Shown here piece by piece: positions 20,768 to 31,696 of a stretch of DNA of 64,000 bases. Every line of letters begins with the position of its first letter. Position 1 is the first letter of the stretch. Source of the stretch: Candidatus Spongiisociaceae bacterium (GTDB lineage Bacteria; Actinomycetota; Acidimicrobiia; Spongiisociales; Spongiisociaceae); assembly GCA_965262915.1 (NCBI GenBank), contig OZ253564.1:1088001-1152000 (forward strand), given 5' to 3'. Both the position numbers and the translations under genes were made by a program. The notes under the pieces were generated by a model. It made no database searches. It was given only the letters and a program-made list of their open reading frames with translations, and was not told where the DNA came from.

Positions 20768-22583
20768 CCTGAATCCACCGGTAGATATTCTGTGGTTGGG
20801 GGTGGATAGACGCGGAAAGTGCCTCTGATCTGGGACAATAGCCATACGAAACATGGTGATTGGCTCGGAGTCTGGAGGCACTTCCTGTGAGTGGAGTATT
20901 GCAGAATATCGACCGGTATGAGGCGGTTTTCGATGATGAGGGGCTGGTGGCCGACGCTGGGTTGTTGGCGGCCGGGACGTTGATGGACCGTTTGGGTTTG
21001 GAAGGTTTGGTGGATCGGACGGTGCGGTTGGGCGGCCGGGTGGGTGGCGCGCATCCGGGTCGTAAGGTATGCACGTTGGTAGCTGCGATGCTGGTGGGCG
21101 CCTCCCATATTGACCATGTGGATCGGCTCCGGGCCGGTTCCACCGACCGGGTGCTGCCCCATGCGGTGATGGCCCCGTCCACTGTGGGAACCTTCCTGCG
21201 TTCGTTCACCTGGGGTCATGTACGCCAGTTGGAGAAGGTGGTGACCGTAGCGCTGGGCCGTGCGTGGGGGGCGGGCGCCGGTCCCGGCAAGGGAGCGGTG
21301 ACCCTCGATGTGGACTCGACGATCTGTGAGGTGTCTGCCAAGACCAAACAAGGGGCCGCCTATGGCTACACCAAGGAGTTGGGTTATCACCCTCTGTTGG
21401 CGTTCCGAGCCGATACGGGGGAGGTGGTCGGTGCCCGTCTGCGGGAAGGAGCATCGCAGAGGGGTGTGGTCCATTTCGTTGGGGAGACAGTGCGGCGTGT
21501 GCGACGGGCCGGGGCCAGGGGCCTGGTGAGCGTGCGGGCCGATTCGGGGTTCTGGTCCTATACCCTCTTGGCCGCCCTCGACCGCCTCGGGGTGGGCTGG
21601 TCGATCACCTGCCCGCTGAATGCCAAGATTAGGACACTGATCAGCAATATCGACGAAGACGCGTGGACCCCCATTGCCTATCCCGAAGGCGGGCTGGCAC
21701 AAGTGGGGGAAACAGTCCTGGAGATGGCCAACCCCAAGAAACGGTCGCAGAAACGCCGGGTTCGCCTGGTAGTGCGCCGCACCCGCCTGCTCGGTTCCCA
21801 AGCCGAGCTGTGGCCCGACTGGCGATACCACGCGTTCGTCACCAACCTGGACCTGCCCGCGGCAGAAGCCGACCGGCGCCACCAACCCGGGGCCGGACAA
21901 GACGACACCGGCCACCAACCCCGCCGCGGAGAACAAGACACCGAAGTGGCCGAACTGCCGGTGGTAGAGATCGGTGACAACCCTGGGGAAGCGCACAGCC
22001 CGCTGCCCGCGGTCGAAATCGACCGGTACCACCGCCGCCACGCCACATGCGAACTCGCCATCCGCGACCTCAAAGACTCCGGGGGTCTCGCCCACCTACC
22101 CTCCGGCGTCTTCGCAGCTAACGCCGCCTGGCTGATCTGCGCCGCCCTAGCCCATAACCTCTACCGGCAGATAGCCCTCCTCGGGGGTACGCAGCCGCCC
22201 GGGCGGCTGGTCTGTGGACGTACCATCCGTACCCGACTGTTCGGACTCCCTGGACGCCTCGTCAACCACGGCGGACGCCGCCTCCTGCGTCTACCCGCCC
22301 GATGGCCCTGGGCCGGCGCCTACCTAACCACCCTCACTAACCTCCGGGCGCTGCCACAGCTCTGCTGACCCGGCCCGACGGACCCGCCGCAACCATAACC
22401 AACCACCCAAACCCCGACCACACACGCCCGAAACCATCCCAACCAGCCTCCAACACTACCTAACCCACCAAACCACACCCACCACACCCCCGAAACCCCC
22501 CGAATCCAACCAGCCCCAACCCCTCAACCCCCCACCAACCGCACCCCGGACCACCCCCCGGGGAGGCCGTCGGTGGATTCAGG
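20768..22583 (+). mobile_element. Complete IS1380 family element
   Basis: TIR CCTGAATCCACCG / CGGTGGATTCAGG; 5-bp target duplication CTAAG at 20763-20767 and 22584-22588. Confidence 0.93.
20860..22368 (+). CDS. IS1380 family DDE transposase
   Basis: LDVDST, GYHPL, VRADSGF, CELAIRDLK, FAANAAW; start may be GTG 20887. Confidence 0.92.
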   Translation: MARSLEALPVSGVLQNIDRYEAVFDDEGLVADAGLLAAGTLMDRLGLEGLVDRTVRLGGRVGGAHPGRKVCTLVAAMLVGASHIDHVDRLRAGSTDRVLPHAVMAPSTVGTFLRSFTWGHVRQLEKVVTVALGRAWGAGAGPGKGAVTLDVDSTICEVSAKTKQGAAYGYTKELGYHPLLAFRADTGEVVGARLREGASQRGVVHFVGETVRRVRRAGARGLVSVRADSGFWSYTLLAALDRLGVGWSITCPLNAKIRTLISNIDEDAWTPIAYPEGGLAQVGETVLEMANPKKRSQKRRVRLVVRRTRLLGSQAELWPDWRYHAFVTNLDLPAAEADRRHQPGAGQDDTGHQPRRGEQDTEVAELPVVEIGDNPGEAHSPLPAVEIDRYHRRHATCELAIRDLKDSGGLAHLPSGVFAANAAWLICAALAHNLYRQIALLGGTQPPGRLVCGRTIRTRLFGLPGRLVNHGGRRLLRLPARWPWAGAYLTTLTNLRALPQLC

Positions 22584-22934
22584 CTAAGCGGGCAGGTGGG
22601 CGGCTGCCGTTACGTCCCCTTTACCTTGTTGGGTAGCTCTGATGTGTGAGTATCGGGGCTGGTTGCTCGCCGCGGCGGGCAGGGCTCTGTCCCCCTGTCA
22701 CAGAGATGGCCTGGGCGGGATGTCATCCGCCGTGGTTGGGTGCCTGCGATCTCTGACAGGGACATGCACCGAAGTGGGGCTGGTACAAGCCATCCACGCC
22801 TACGCGATCCACGGACATCCCCTTGCTTGGCTACACGGCATTGCACGGTGAGTCTTCGCTCGGACAACAGAGTCTGGCAGCGGTCGAGTACCTCGAATCC
22901 AGGACGCTTAGGCCGGAAAGAAGTGCACGGACTC

Positions 22935-24969
22935 TCAGGCAGCAGGTGTCGATTCGGGCATGAGGTCGAGAGCCCGGACCAGGAAGGTAGCCATCTGCGC
23001 TCTGGTAACCGCCTTGTCCGGGCAGTAACGCAGCGGATCGGTCTCGCAACCCGTAGTCACACCAACCGCAGCCAGGGCATCAATGTTGGCTTCATGGGTA
23101 TCGCCCCCGGTATCGGCGAAGCCAGCCGGCGGAGCAGCGTCCAGATCGAATGCCCGGACCAGGAAGGTGGCCATCTGCGCTCTGGTAACCGCCTCGTGCG
23201 GGCAGTAACGCAGCGGATCGGTCTTGCAACCCTCGGTCACGCCAAGATCGGCGAGACGCTCCACGTAGCTCGCCCACCAAGCGTCAGGATCCACGTCGGC
23301 GAACCGCGTCCGGGCATCGGAAGACTCGGGAGCTTGATCCAGTGCCCTGGTGATCCACACTGCCATGACCCAACGTAGGAGAGGTTCATCAGGGCAGATG
23401 CGCCGCTCGCCACACTCGGTACCTTCCAGAACACCCGCCGCCGCGAGCCGGTTGATCGACGGTTCGTGAACACCGCCGTCGTCGTCGAAGCTGTCCGGAT
23501 CGGCGGGTTCTTCAGGTTTCTCCCCGTCGTTGCCGTTGCCCGGGATGGGGTTCTCCGAGTCATCGCCCGGCGGGGGGGCCACGCCATCGATCGCGGTGAT
23601 GTTGGAGGACCTGAGACCCAGGCCGGTCCGTAACCCGACGCCGGCGACCGTGACCGACGCGGGCTCGCCATCGCGGACACCGCGGAACATGACCTCCGCA
23701 GGTGAGGACACGGACTCTCTCGTTACGAGGATCGCCTCGGTGACCTCCTCCCAGCCCAGCCAACGTGCGATGGCCGAGGCGCTCACCCGTTCCTCCCAGG
23801 AGACGTACGGGTTGCCCACCGCCGGGTCGAGGTCCCAAGGATCCGCGACCGGAGCCAGGTAGGGCCACATGCGTGACGTCGGCGCCTTGCCGTTCCGCCC
23901 CGTGTAGAACCCGTAGATGTTGCTGCGGGTGAAGCCACCGGACGAGGCGGAGAAGAACGCCTGCACGATCCCCGCCTTCGTGAACTTCTCCCACTCGTCG
24001 CCGAAGTAGGTGAGGACCCGATCCCTGGTAGTTTCCACTCCCTCGAGCCAGGGCTGGCTACGCGATCGGGACTCCTTGGCCCAGCCGATGTAGTTGATGT
24101 CCCTCCAGCTGTCGTAGAGATGGCACCAGCACCCGTCCTTGCGGGCGGCGCTTATACCCGGATCGTCGTCGGGATCAGCAGGGCGCGGCCCGGTTTCCGA
24201 CTGGAAGAAATTGAAGGCCGCGTACGTGCGGGCCGCAACGGCCTGGGCCTCGTTGACTCCCGGCGCTTCCCAGTCGTCCGGAATTTCGGCGATACCTTTG
24301 ACGTAGTCCTCGAGCCCCACCGCCAGGACCACATGGAACCCCACCTCGGACGGGTCGTCCCGTATCTTCAGCTCCCCGTGACGGTATTCGCACTCCTCGC
24401 TTGCCCGAACTGAGCAGATCTTGTTCCTTTCCTCACCGTGACGGAGCCGGACGCCCTGCGCCTCGGGCCAGGAAATAGCCGCCCGGCAGACACCCGCTGT
24501 TCCCTGGAGCTCTCCTTCGTGGAAGAAGCCGCACTCGTTGCGGGCGATCCGCCGGAGCTGCCACCTCTCGCCTTCCTGAGGCTGCTCCGGCTTCGGGCAG
24601 GCCCCTTCCCCGTCGTTGGAGAGGCACAGATCGAGCGGGCCCCCGACGGCTACGAACTCCAGCAGGGTGACCTGCCTTCCCAGATTGACCCAGATCGGGT
24701 TGTCCAGCGTCTGGAGCAGACCGTTGGGGAGGGACAGATCGCCCAGGGACGCCGGTTCCGAACCCGGGAAGTAGTAGGCCGCTATATCCTCACCCGGCTT
24801 GGCCGGATCGGCGAGCGCCTGCCCATAGGCCCCCCACTGGCCCATACCGACACGGTGGCCCGCTCCCGCGCCCTCGAAATCAAATCCGGGCGTATCGTGC
24901 GCGTCGGCGGCAACAGCCGGGATCAGGCCCACCAGGACCGCCACGAGCATCAATCTCCGGAGCACCCGA
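22935..24969 (-). CDS. SpoIID/LytB domain protein with C-terminal SLH repeats
   Basis: Signal peptide, GAGHRVGMGQWGA, YVKGIAE, AQAVAARTYA, repeated VTRAQMATFLVRA; start approximate. Confidence 0.88.
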
Positions 24970-25153
24970 GAAGTGTAGGGGCGATCCGGCAGCGAACTGA
25001 ACACGATGGCCGTGGTCGACGAACCCGAACTTCCGACACCCCGACCACCCAACATGCCATTCCGGCGGGAAGCCTCTGATGGTCACCCGGTTGAATGGAG
25101 TCGCTCGATGGTAACGAATGGGATGTACCCGGGGAGGGGGGCGTGTCGGTCGG

Positions 25154-25647
25154 CTACCGGACCTGTGGGAGACCGCTTGTATCAGACCCGAGGGACGATG
25201 CGCGGTTGCGGCGGAGGGCTTCCATGTCGGCCAGGTCTTGGAAACGGCCGGCAGCCAGCTTGTTGCGTTCCAGGTCTTCTAAGCCGATGAAGGGAACCGC
25301 CAGCGAGTCCAGCAGGACCTCGGTTCGCCGCCCCCAGCATTCGTCGAAGTCGACTCCGGCGATGCTGGTCAATATGCCGATCCGGTTGGGCGGATATCCC
25401 AGTTGGACCATTTGGCCCTCGACGGCGAAATCCTCCGCCGACAGTCCGAGTGATTCGAATCCGGACTCGTCCAACACTGCGGCCAGTCTCTTGGCGTTCT
25501 GAGGTTGACCCAAACCCAGATGTCCAGATCTTTGGTAAGGCGGGGATGACCGTGGGCGGCCACCGCGTGTCCACCGACTACCAAGAAGCGCACCCCGTGT
25601 TCAACACACAACAAGACGAAGTCGTGCAATTCCTTTCCCAGCCGCAT
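25154..25647 (-). pseudogene. Nucleotidyltransferase (GGxA..HG.PR.T.DLD type), frameshifted copy
   Basis: Paralog of 60548-61033; frameshift near 25500; upstream part replaced by an ISL3 fragment. Confidence 0.85.
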
Positions 25648-25677
25648 CCGCCCCCCGTGGTCGCTGTTCGGAGTCGT

Positions 25678-26173
25678 GCGCTGGTTCACCCAAGGCCTCA
25701 CCCTGGTACGCCGGGAGATACAACGTCACGAACCCCAGCGGCGGCTCCCAACGTTCGAGCCGGAGGTGTTCCGAGCCCGATTTACCCCCCTTATGGGGGT
25801 CGACCATCTCAGCGAAGCCCACCAGGCGCACCTCGACCGGCTGTTCGACACCCATCCCCGTCTCCGAACCGCGTGGGACGCTCTCCAAGAACTCGACCAG
25901 GCCGACGACTGGGACCAGGCCAACCAGGCGCTGGGACGGTTCGCCGATCTCTACGCCACCGGCCAGATCCCCGCATACCACCAAGTTGTGGACACCATCA
26001 TCGCATGGCGAGAAGAGATCTTGGCCTACCACACCAACAACCTCCACCCTGGTCCTACGCCGCGTCGCTCACGGGTTCACCAACCCCGACAACTACGCCG
26101 CCCGAGCAATCCTCGTCACATGACCCCCACACCGACAGCGGCAACACCCGATCCCACGAAATCGCACAGGGCC
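25678..26173 (+). mobile_element. ISL3 family 3' remnant with right end
   Basis: W...I.AYH and RVAHGFTNPDNYAARA C-terminus; terminus ...CCCACGAAATCGCACAGGGCC. Confidence 0.75.
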
Positions 26174-26308
26174 AACAAGAAGGAAAGTCCTATGTTCGGA
26201 AACACGAAGGATGGTCGCAACCTCTCCGATCGACAAAGCAGAGTGAGTCGGACCGCGGCACTGGCCTTCGGTCGATTGTTGGTCAGGAGACATGACCATA
26301 ATTGCGGC

Positions 26309-26584
26309 ATGACGTCCCCGAGCATCAGCCCGGCGGAACGCGTGGTGCCCGCCGGGGAGTTCAAGACGAATTGCCTGCGCCTGATGGACGAGGTGCAGGA
26401 GACCGGAACGGTGATCGTCGTTACCAAGCACCGCCGTCCGGTCGTGAGGGTGAGCCCGTTCCGCGAGGAGCCACCCAGACTGGTCGGGTCGTGCGAGGGC
26501 CAGTTGCGGATCATCGGAGACATCGATAGCGAGCCGGCCATTCCCGCCGACGACTGGGACATGCTCGCCCACCCTCGGGCCTAG
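26309..26584 (+). CDS. Phd/YefM family antitoxin
   Basis: AGEFKTNCLRLMDEV, VTKHRRPV; CATAAT 6 nt before ATG. Confidence 0.9.
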   Translation: MTSPSISPAERVVPAGEFKTNCLRLMDEVQETGTVIVVTKHRRPVVRVSPFREEPPRLVGSCEGQLRIIGDIDSEPAIPADDWDMLAHPRA

Positions 26585-26622
26585 CTGGCCAAGATCACGG
26601 TGCGTGACCGGGACCCCCGCCG

Positions 26623-27108
26623 GTGAGCCTTCTGATGGACACCAACGTCCTGTTGCGTCTCGTAGTCGACAGCAGTGACATCAGCGAAACCTTCAAGGAG
26701 GAGGTCGACTCCGGTCTCGCCGGTGGCGGCATTGCGGTTTCCACGCTCACGTTCGTGGAGACCACCCGCCTGCACCATCACGGACGCATCGACCTGGGAT
26801 GCGACCCGGCCGTCTGGCGCCGCGAGCGGCTGCGATCAGGTCTGCGGGAGATCCCCGTCATAGGCGATGTCGCCGTCGAGGCGGTGTTGCTCGGGAACAC
26901 CGGCTTCCATCGCGACCCTGCCGACCAGCTGATCGTCGCCACGGCCATGACGGCAGGGATGCGTCTTGCCACAACGGACGAAAAGATCATCGGCCGGAGT
27001 GTTTCGACGGACGGGTGTACCGCGTCATCGCCGACGCCCCCATGGGCCCGGGGACCGGCGGGCAAGTGGGCCCGAGCACGCCAAGTTGCTTGGCAGACAG
27101 ACCACTAG
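26623..27108 (+). CDS. vapC: VapC/PIN toxin, C-terminus probably replaced
   Basis: LLMDTN, HRDPADQLIVATA, LATTDEKI; diverges from the 9404 copy after about 26995. Confidence 0.8.
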   Translation: MSLLMDTNVLLRLVVDSSDISETFKEEVDSGLAGGGIAVSTLTFVETTRLHHHGRIDLGCDPAVWRRERLRSGLREIPVIGDVAVEAVLLGNTGFHRDPADQLIVATAMTAGMRLATTDEKIIGRSVSTDGCTASSPTPPWARGPAGKWARARQVAWQTDH

Positions 27109-27143
27109 CAGCACCCTGGGATGCGGGCCGCCGGATGGCTGGT

Positions 27144-27467
27144 TCAGAGTTCGATCAAGTCGGCTATGAGCTCTCGAATCTGTTGCAGCGCGACGGGTCC
27201 GATGTTCGTGCCCGTCGTGTCGACGACGCGGTCAACGCTGATGGTCGTTGGCAGGTGGGCCTGGGCGACGCCGAAGCCGATGATGTCAACCTCGCTCAAC
27301 CATCCTCGCCTCGTGGTCGTGCAGGGTACGACCACGATCGCGTGTTGCCGGAACTCGAGCACATCATCGGAAGTGACGACGATGGCCGGTCGCACGAACC
27401 CCGGCTCGCCCCGCGAGGGCGTCCCGAAATCGCAGCGGACTGCATCACCCGCTCGCAGCAGCGACAT
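27144..27467 (-). CDS. PemK/MazF family toxin
   Basis: GD...DFG...G.EPG..RPAIVV, VVPCTT. Confidence 0.88.
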   Translation of the reverse strand: MSLLRAGDAVRCDFGTPSRGEPGFVRPAIVVTSDDVLEFRQHAIVVVPCTTTRRGWLSEVDIIGFGVAQAHLPTTISVDRVVDTTGTNIGPVALQQIRELIADLIEL

Positions 27468-27666
27468 CGCTTGCAGACGCATCGAGCACCGCCTCGTCGT
27501 CAGCATCGAGTGGGGCGCTTGCGAGCTGAGCACCGATGATGCGACGACGCTCCCGTCGCACCAGCTTCGCGATCTGTGCGTCGAAGGTGAGCCCCTCACG
27601 AGCAGCGAGCTCGCGGAGAGCGTCCCGAGTCCGGACTGAGACCTTGATGGTAGTCGATTTGGGCAT
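27445..27666 (-). CDS. RHH-type antitoxin partner
   Basis: STTIKVSVRTRDAL; overlaps toxin start; TGGTATACT 7 nt upstream. Confidence 0.8.
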   Translation of the reverse strand: MPKSTTIKVSVRTRDALRELAAREGLTFDAQIAKLVRRERRRIIGAQLASAPLDADDEAVLDASASDVAAASG

Positions 27667-28311
27667 ACCTAGAAGTATACCATTCGCTGGCCCGTACAAG
27701 CCGATATGTTCGAGCCTCAGGCTTGAACAACACCGCGGCAGTGGCATCACCGCATCGGTCTCGCCGTCTGGTCGCACTAACGGTCAGGTATAGCTCGGAC
27801 ATGACGCACGGTGCAGCATCATCCAGCCCGAGCGAACCGGGGTCTCGGGGGGCAAACCGTGATCATCCTCGCGAACGGCAAGACGAACGGGGGTGCCCAA
27901 CGGACCGACGACCCGGGTGCGCTGTGAGTGCGAATGGACGGACTGCCCACAGCCACCGGTTGGCAGATGAAGCCGCAAGGCGGCGGCCCGGACGAGGTTG
28001 TGCGTGCCGCTGCCGCCGGACAGGCGTGAAGGGTGGATCGCCGATGCCGACGACTGGGGGTGGTTCTGCTACTCGGAGTTCGCGGACATGATCGGCCAGA
28101 GGTACGTGCGTGATGATGACGTGTGGAGCCTCGGCTCCGTGCCGGAGGTCCGTAGAGTCGGGCTGGAGTCCGTGATCGCTCCCGACTTCGAGGTGACCGA
28201 ACGCAACGGCACCGGGCTGAGGCTGTCGGAATGCGGGGCCGTAAGGTGGTGATGTTCACCTGGTCATCGTGGTGAGGGCGCCGGGCCAGCCTGGCGGACT
28301 GGCAGGCCTTG

Positions 28312-28775
28312 TAGCCACGGTCAGTTGGAGGAGATCGGCGATGGTCATGTCGTGGTAGCGGTGTTCGAGGACTTCATTGCGGTAGTGCCTCTCCCGGCAC
28401 ATGGAGCACTCGAGCCGGACATCGTCGATGAAGGAGAGTTCCATCTCGACATGGCCTTCGCCGCCACATTCGGAGCAGGAGCCTCTCGAGTAGCAGTTGA
28501 AGAGGGACGGGCTGACCCCGTTGGCATCAGCGAAGGCTTGGCGGATGGCATCGAAGATACCGATGTAGGTGGCGGGGTTGGAGCGCGAACTGCGTCCAAC
28601 GGGTTTCTGGTCTACAAAGACGACCCTGCTGCCACCGTCCCCGACGTTGTTGATGAACTCGGCGACGAGGCTGCTCTTTCCTGAACCGGCGACACCGGTG
28701 ACACAGGTCAGCACGCCTCTGGGGATCTCGACCGACACGTTTCGCAGTTTGTTGCGGCTGGCGTTGAGGCGGAGA
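28312..28775 (-). pseudogene. UvrA-like ATPase, internal fragment
   Basis: LRNVSVEIP, GVAGSGKSS, RSNPATY, CSEC...CSMC zinc motif. Confidence 0.88.
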
Positions 28776-28811
28776 TAGCCGACAACCACATGGGCAAGCA
28801 GTCGGAGGCCC

Positions 28812-28985
28812 GAAACCGATCTGGTTGCGCATGAGAGCCAGCAGCGGGGACATCAGCATCGTCGGTCCGGCACGGTCATCGCGCAGCAGCCGGGTAGCGA
28901 TGAAATAGACCGCGCTCTTCCCCCATCCGGTTCGCTGTACCAGCAGTACCCCCCGGGTGGTTCGGAGGCTCTGGTGACGACAGAG
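28812..28985 (-). pseudogene. RecQ helicase N-terminal fragment
   Basis: VQRTGWGKSAVYF, SPLLALMRNQI. Confidence 0.85.
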
Positions 28986-29016
28986 GGTTGGGTGGCCGGT
29001 CGGCTGTACCGGTAGC

Positions 29017-29355
29017 ATGCGTGCGGTGATGAGTTCGTCTGGTTCAGCCCGTCCAACTGCCTGGTACCGGCCGGTAGCCGTTCCCGAAGATGTTGACGCC
29101 CCTTGGGTGGTCAAAGCGAGCGGGCGCATCGAGTTGCCGTCCCATGTTCGCTGGAGCGGTGATCGGGTGTACGACCTCGACGACGTGGCGGACCGCATGT
29201 CCGTGTACAAGCAGGTGCTGTCACATGGCGTTGCCGAGGATGTCTGCCGGTTCATCCGGGTCGAGGAGCTCGCTCGTTTGTGGGGCCAGATGATCTTGCC
29301 CTCGTATGTGAGAGACGTGTGGGGGCCATGGTTACACCAGCGCGGTCTTCTATAG
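29017..29355 (+). CDS. Putative antitoxin-like protein of an AbiEii-type pair
   Basis: LP.H.RWSG..YDL...Y..VL..G; followed by a truncated MLSPLQRRL start at 29365. Confidence 0.55.
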   Translation: MRAVMSSSGSARPTAWYRPVAVPEDVDAPWVVKASGRIELPSHVRWSGDRVYDLDDVADRMSVYKQVLSHGVAEDVCRFIRVEELARLWGQMILPSYVRDVWGPWLHQRGLL

Positions 29356-29632
29356 AGGAACGGTATGCTGTCGCCCTTGCAGCGTCGCCTGCGGCGGACC
29401 ATCCGAAACTGCATCCCGGACAGTTGCTGTACTCGCTGGGCGTATTCCACACTCTGCCCAGAGGCGACTTCGGTCTGAGCGACCTCGAATGGCAGCAGCT
29501 ACGAACACAGATCAACACCTGGTGAAACGAACTGGAGTGGCTCAGCGCCGAAGATGATCGGCCCGACCCGACGAGGTGTCCCGAACTCGGCTGGTGAGAC
29601 CGACCGTGTGGGAGGATCGCACGGTTCCGATC

Positions 29633-29739
29633 CCCGCACGGGCTCCCGCGTAGACAGCTCCGACGCATGCGTAGGCAGCTCCACCGCCCAGCAATCCCAG
29701 AGCCCTCGGCTCACCCTCGACATAGAGATCGTCGACCAT
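29633..29739 (-). pseudogene. Duplicated 5' fragment of the pfkB gene
   Basis: Near-identical to 45581-45687. Confidence 0.85.
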
Positions 29740-29827
29740 GTGGTCGGAGAAGATGTCTCCCCACCAAGCGACGCTGCGGTTGCCGGTCGGGATGATGGGG
29801 CCTTTCTGGTATCGGTGGGAGATGACC
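29737..29827 (-). mobile_element. IS21 IstB helper ATPase remnant
   Basis: VISHRYQKGPIIPTGNRSVAWWGDIFSDH. Confidence 0.6.
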
Positions 29828-30263
29828 CCCTACCAGCGGGGACGAACGATGGCTTACCGCGAACTTCGCGATGAGTGGCTGCTGATGGTGCTGTGGATCG
29901 CGAGGCGGGACGAGGGCACGTATTGCGAATTGCGATCAGCCGGATCCAGGCGACATACAGCCACCGGCCGGAGTTTCTCGAGGGTTGCGTCGGCGGCCAC
30001 GGTACGGCTTAGCGAGCAGGGAGTTCGAGTTCAACGTATCGGGAGAAGTCCTGTCCTGAATGACGGTCTCCAAAGTGACTGATATCTATTTCAAGACTGA
30101 TTACATCCTTGTCTGGTCGATATCTGAAGGTATCGCTTTCTAGAGTACCTGGCGGACACCTGAGCCAGATCAAGCCGCCGTCCCCCCTCTTGAGGACAAT
30201 GTGCAGGCGGTTGTCAACCATCTTCCGGGGTATATGCAGCCACCAGACTGGCACCGTTTTGTT

Positions 30264-31696
30264 GGCTCATCGGATTTCAGTGGGGAGTGACCGATGGGAG
30301 TAGGTCCCAGTTGGGTTTCCCCGCGTAGAGAAGGGCGCGGATTCGGTAGTTCGCGAAGTTGCGGAACCCGAACGCTGCTCGTTTGATCCGTTTGATGAGG
30401 TTGTTGAGGGCTTCGGTGGGTCCGTTGGTTACCTTCGAGATGTGCCAGTTGGTGATCTGGGGGGTCCAGCGGGCGATGGTACGACCCAGCTTGTTGATCT
30501 CGGGTGGGCAGGATTCGTGTTGGAGGTCGTCTGCGAGCTGGAGGGTGTATCGGAGAGCAAGGACCGGACTCTCGATCCCGTAGATGCCTCGTACCGTCTC
30601 TTTCGCGTGCCAGGCTGTGCGCACTTCCCCGTAGGGGTCACCAGCATCGAGGAGACCACGCAGCCGTATTTGACCCCGGTCGCTGATCCTCTCATGCGCA
30701 GCGGTTAGGAGCCGCCGTATCCGATACAGCGGGTCATCCTTGCGGCCTCGATGCCCGAGGGTTTCGTTTTGGACTCTTCGTCGTACCTCGTCGAGACGCT
30801 GGTTGGCGAGGCGGATGACGTGGAACGGGTCCGCTACCTGCAGCGCGTGCGGCAGCACCCTGTCATACGCCTTCCGATACGAACCGGACATGTCCAACAC
30901 CGCCCAGCGGATAGCCTCACACCATTCGGTGGGTTGTGACCGGAACCAGGCTGCGGCGCTTTCTGCTGTTCTACCAGGGACTATGTCGATCAGCTGGTGG
31001 CCGCCAACGTCGACGACAGAGGTGCACCAGACTTTGGTACGCCAACGGCCCCGACGCCAGAACAACGTCTCGTCCACTCCCACAGCTTCGACGGTCCCGA
31101 CCCGATCGGTGTCTGCTTCCAGCAGCGCTTCGCCCCAGCGGCCAACCTCTTTGTTCACCGTATGCCAATCACAACCAAGTTCTGCGGCGACCTCGTCGAC
31201 CGAACGGCCCCGCCCACCCACCTGGATGGTCACCCACCGGGCCGCTCGGGATGTCAACAACGCCCGTTGGGGACCAATCTTGGGGTCTTGTTCGATGAAC
31301 GATCTGAGCGCACAGTCGGGGTTCGGACATGTCCAGCGCCGTTTCCGCCACCGCAGCCGCACAGGCCGGCCGAACGCCGGTAAATCCACCAACACAACCG
31401 TCCGATAGCCCTTCGACCACACCGACCCGCCACAGGACTCACACAACGGCCGGGGCTTGCGGGACCGGATCACCACCTCCAACGGTGCCTCCTCGCCCGG
31501 GTCGTTGATCCCTACCAGATCAACCTCACCTAGGCCTACCAACTTCTCGCACATGCGCGTAGGATCAGCTTCCACAGGGGTCCTCCTGCCTCGGATGTCA
31601 TTACCAACACCCGATTATGGAGGACCCCTCCTCACTTCTGGTGGATTCCAACTCCCCCTGGCAGATCCCCTACTCCCCACTCATTTCCGAAGAGCC
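30264..31696 (-). mobile_element. Complete ISL3 family element
   Basis: TIRs GGCTCATCGGATTTCAGTGGGGAGT / GGCTCTTCGGAAATGAGTGGGGAGT; 8-bp duplication GTTTTGTT. Confidence 0.95.
30277..31575 (-). CDS. ISL3 family transposase
   Basis: Zinc finger, GVDET, LDM, DPFHV, TEALNN.IK, FGFRNF. Confidence 0.95.
   Translation of the reverse strand: MEADPTRMCEKLVGLGEVDLVGINDPGEEAPLEVVIRSRKPRPLCESCGGSVWSKGYRTVVLVDLPAFGRPVRLRWRKRRWTCPNPDCALRSFIEQDPKIGPQRALLTSRAARWVTIQVGGRGRSVDEVAAELGCDWHTVNKEVGRWGEALLEADTDRVGTVEAVGVDETLFWRRGRWRTKVWCTSVVDVGGHQLIDIVPGRTAESAAAWFRSQPTEWCEAIRWAVLDMSGSYRKAYDRVLPHALQVADPFHVIRLANQRLDEVRRRVQNETLGHRGRKDDPLYRIRRLLTAAHERISDRGQIRLRGLLDAGDPYGEVRTAWHAKETVRGIYGIESPVLALRYTLQLADDLQHESCPPEINKLGRTIARWTPQITNWHISKVTNGPTEALNNLIKRIKRAAFGFRNFANYRIRALLYAGKPNWDLLPSVTPH

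Noticed and set aside
20734-22095. 453-aa antisense ORF and similar long shadow ORFs
   Set aside because: Expected on the strand opposite real genes in high-GC DNA; no motifs.
20703-22640. Intact tRNA interrupted by IS1380
   Set aside because: The rejoined flanks give no D-arm, anticodon arm or full acceptor stem.
22950-23230. Repeat of about 180 bp
   Set aside because: Explained by tandem SLH domains in the coding sequence.
25676-26584. 302-aa transposase-antitoxin fusion ORF
   Set aside because: Chance read-through from a frameshifted ISL3 remnant; phd has its own promoter and ATG.
27998-28252. Small ORF with coding-like composition
   Set aside because: No clear start or recognisable family; probably a fragment.
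28527-29450. 307-aa ORF
   Set aside because: A chimera of the antisense of 29017-29355, a RecQ fragment and off-frame uvrA sequence.
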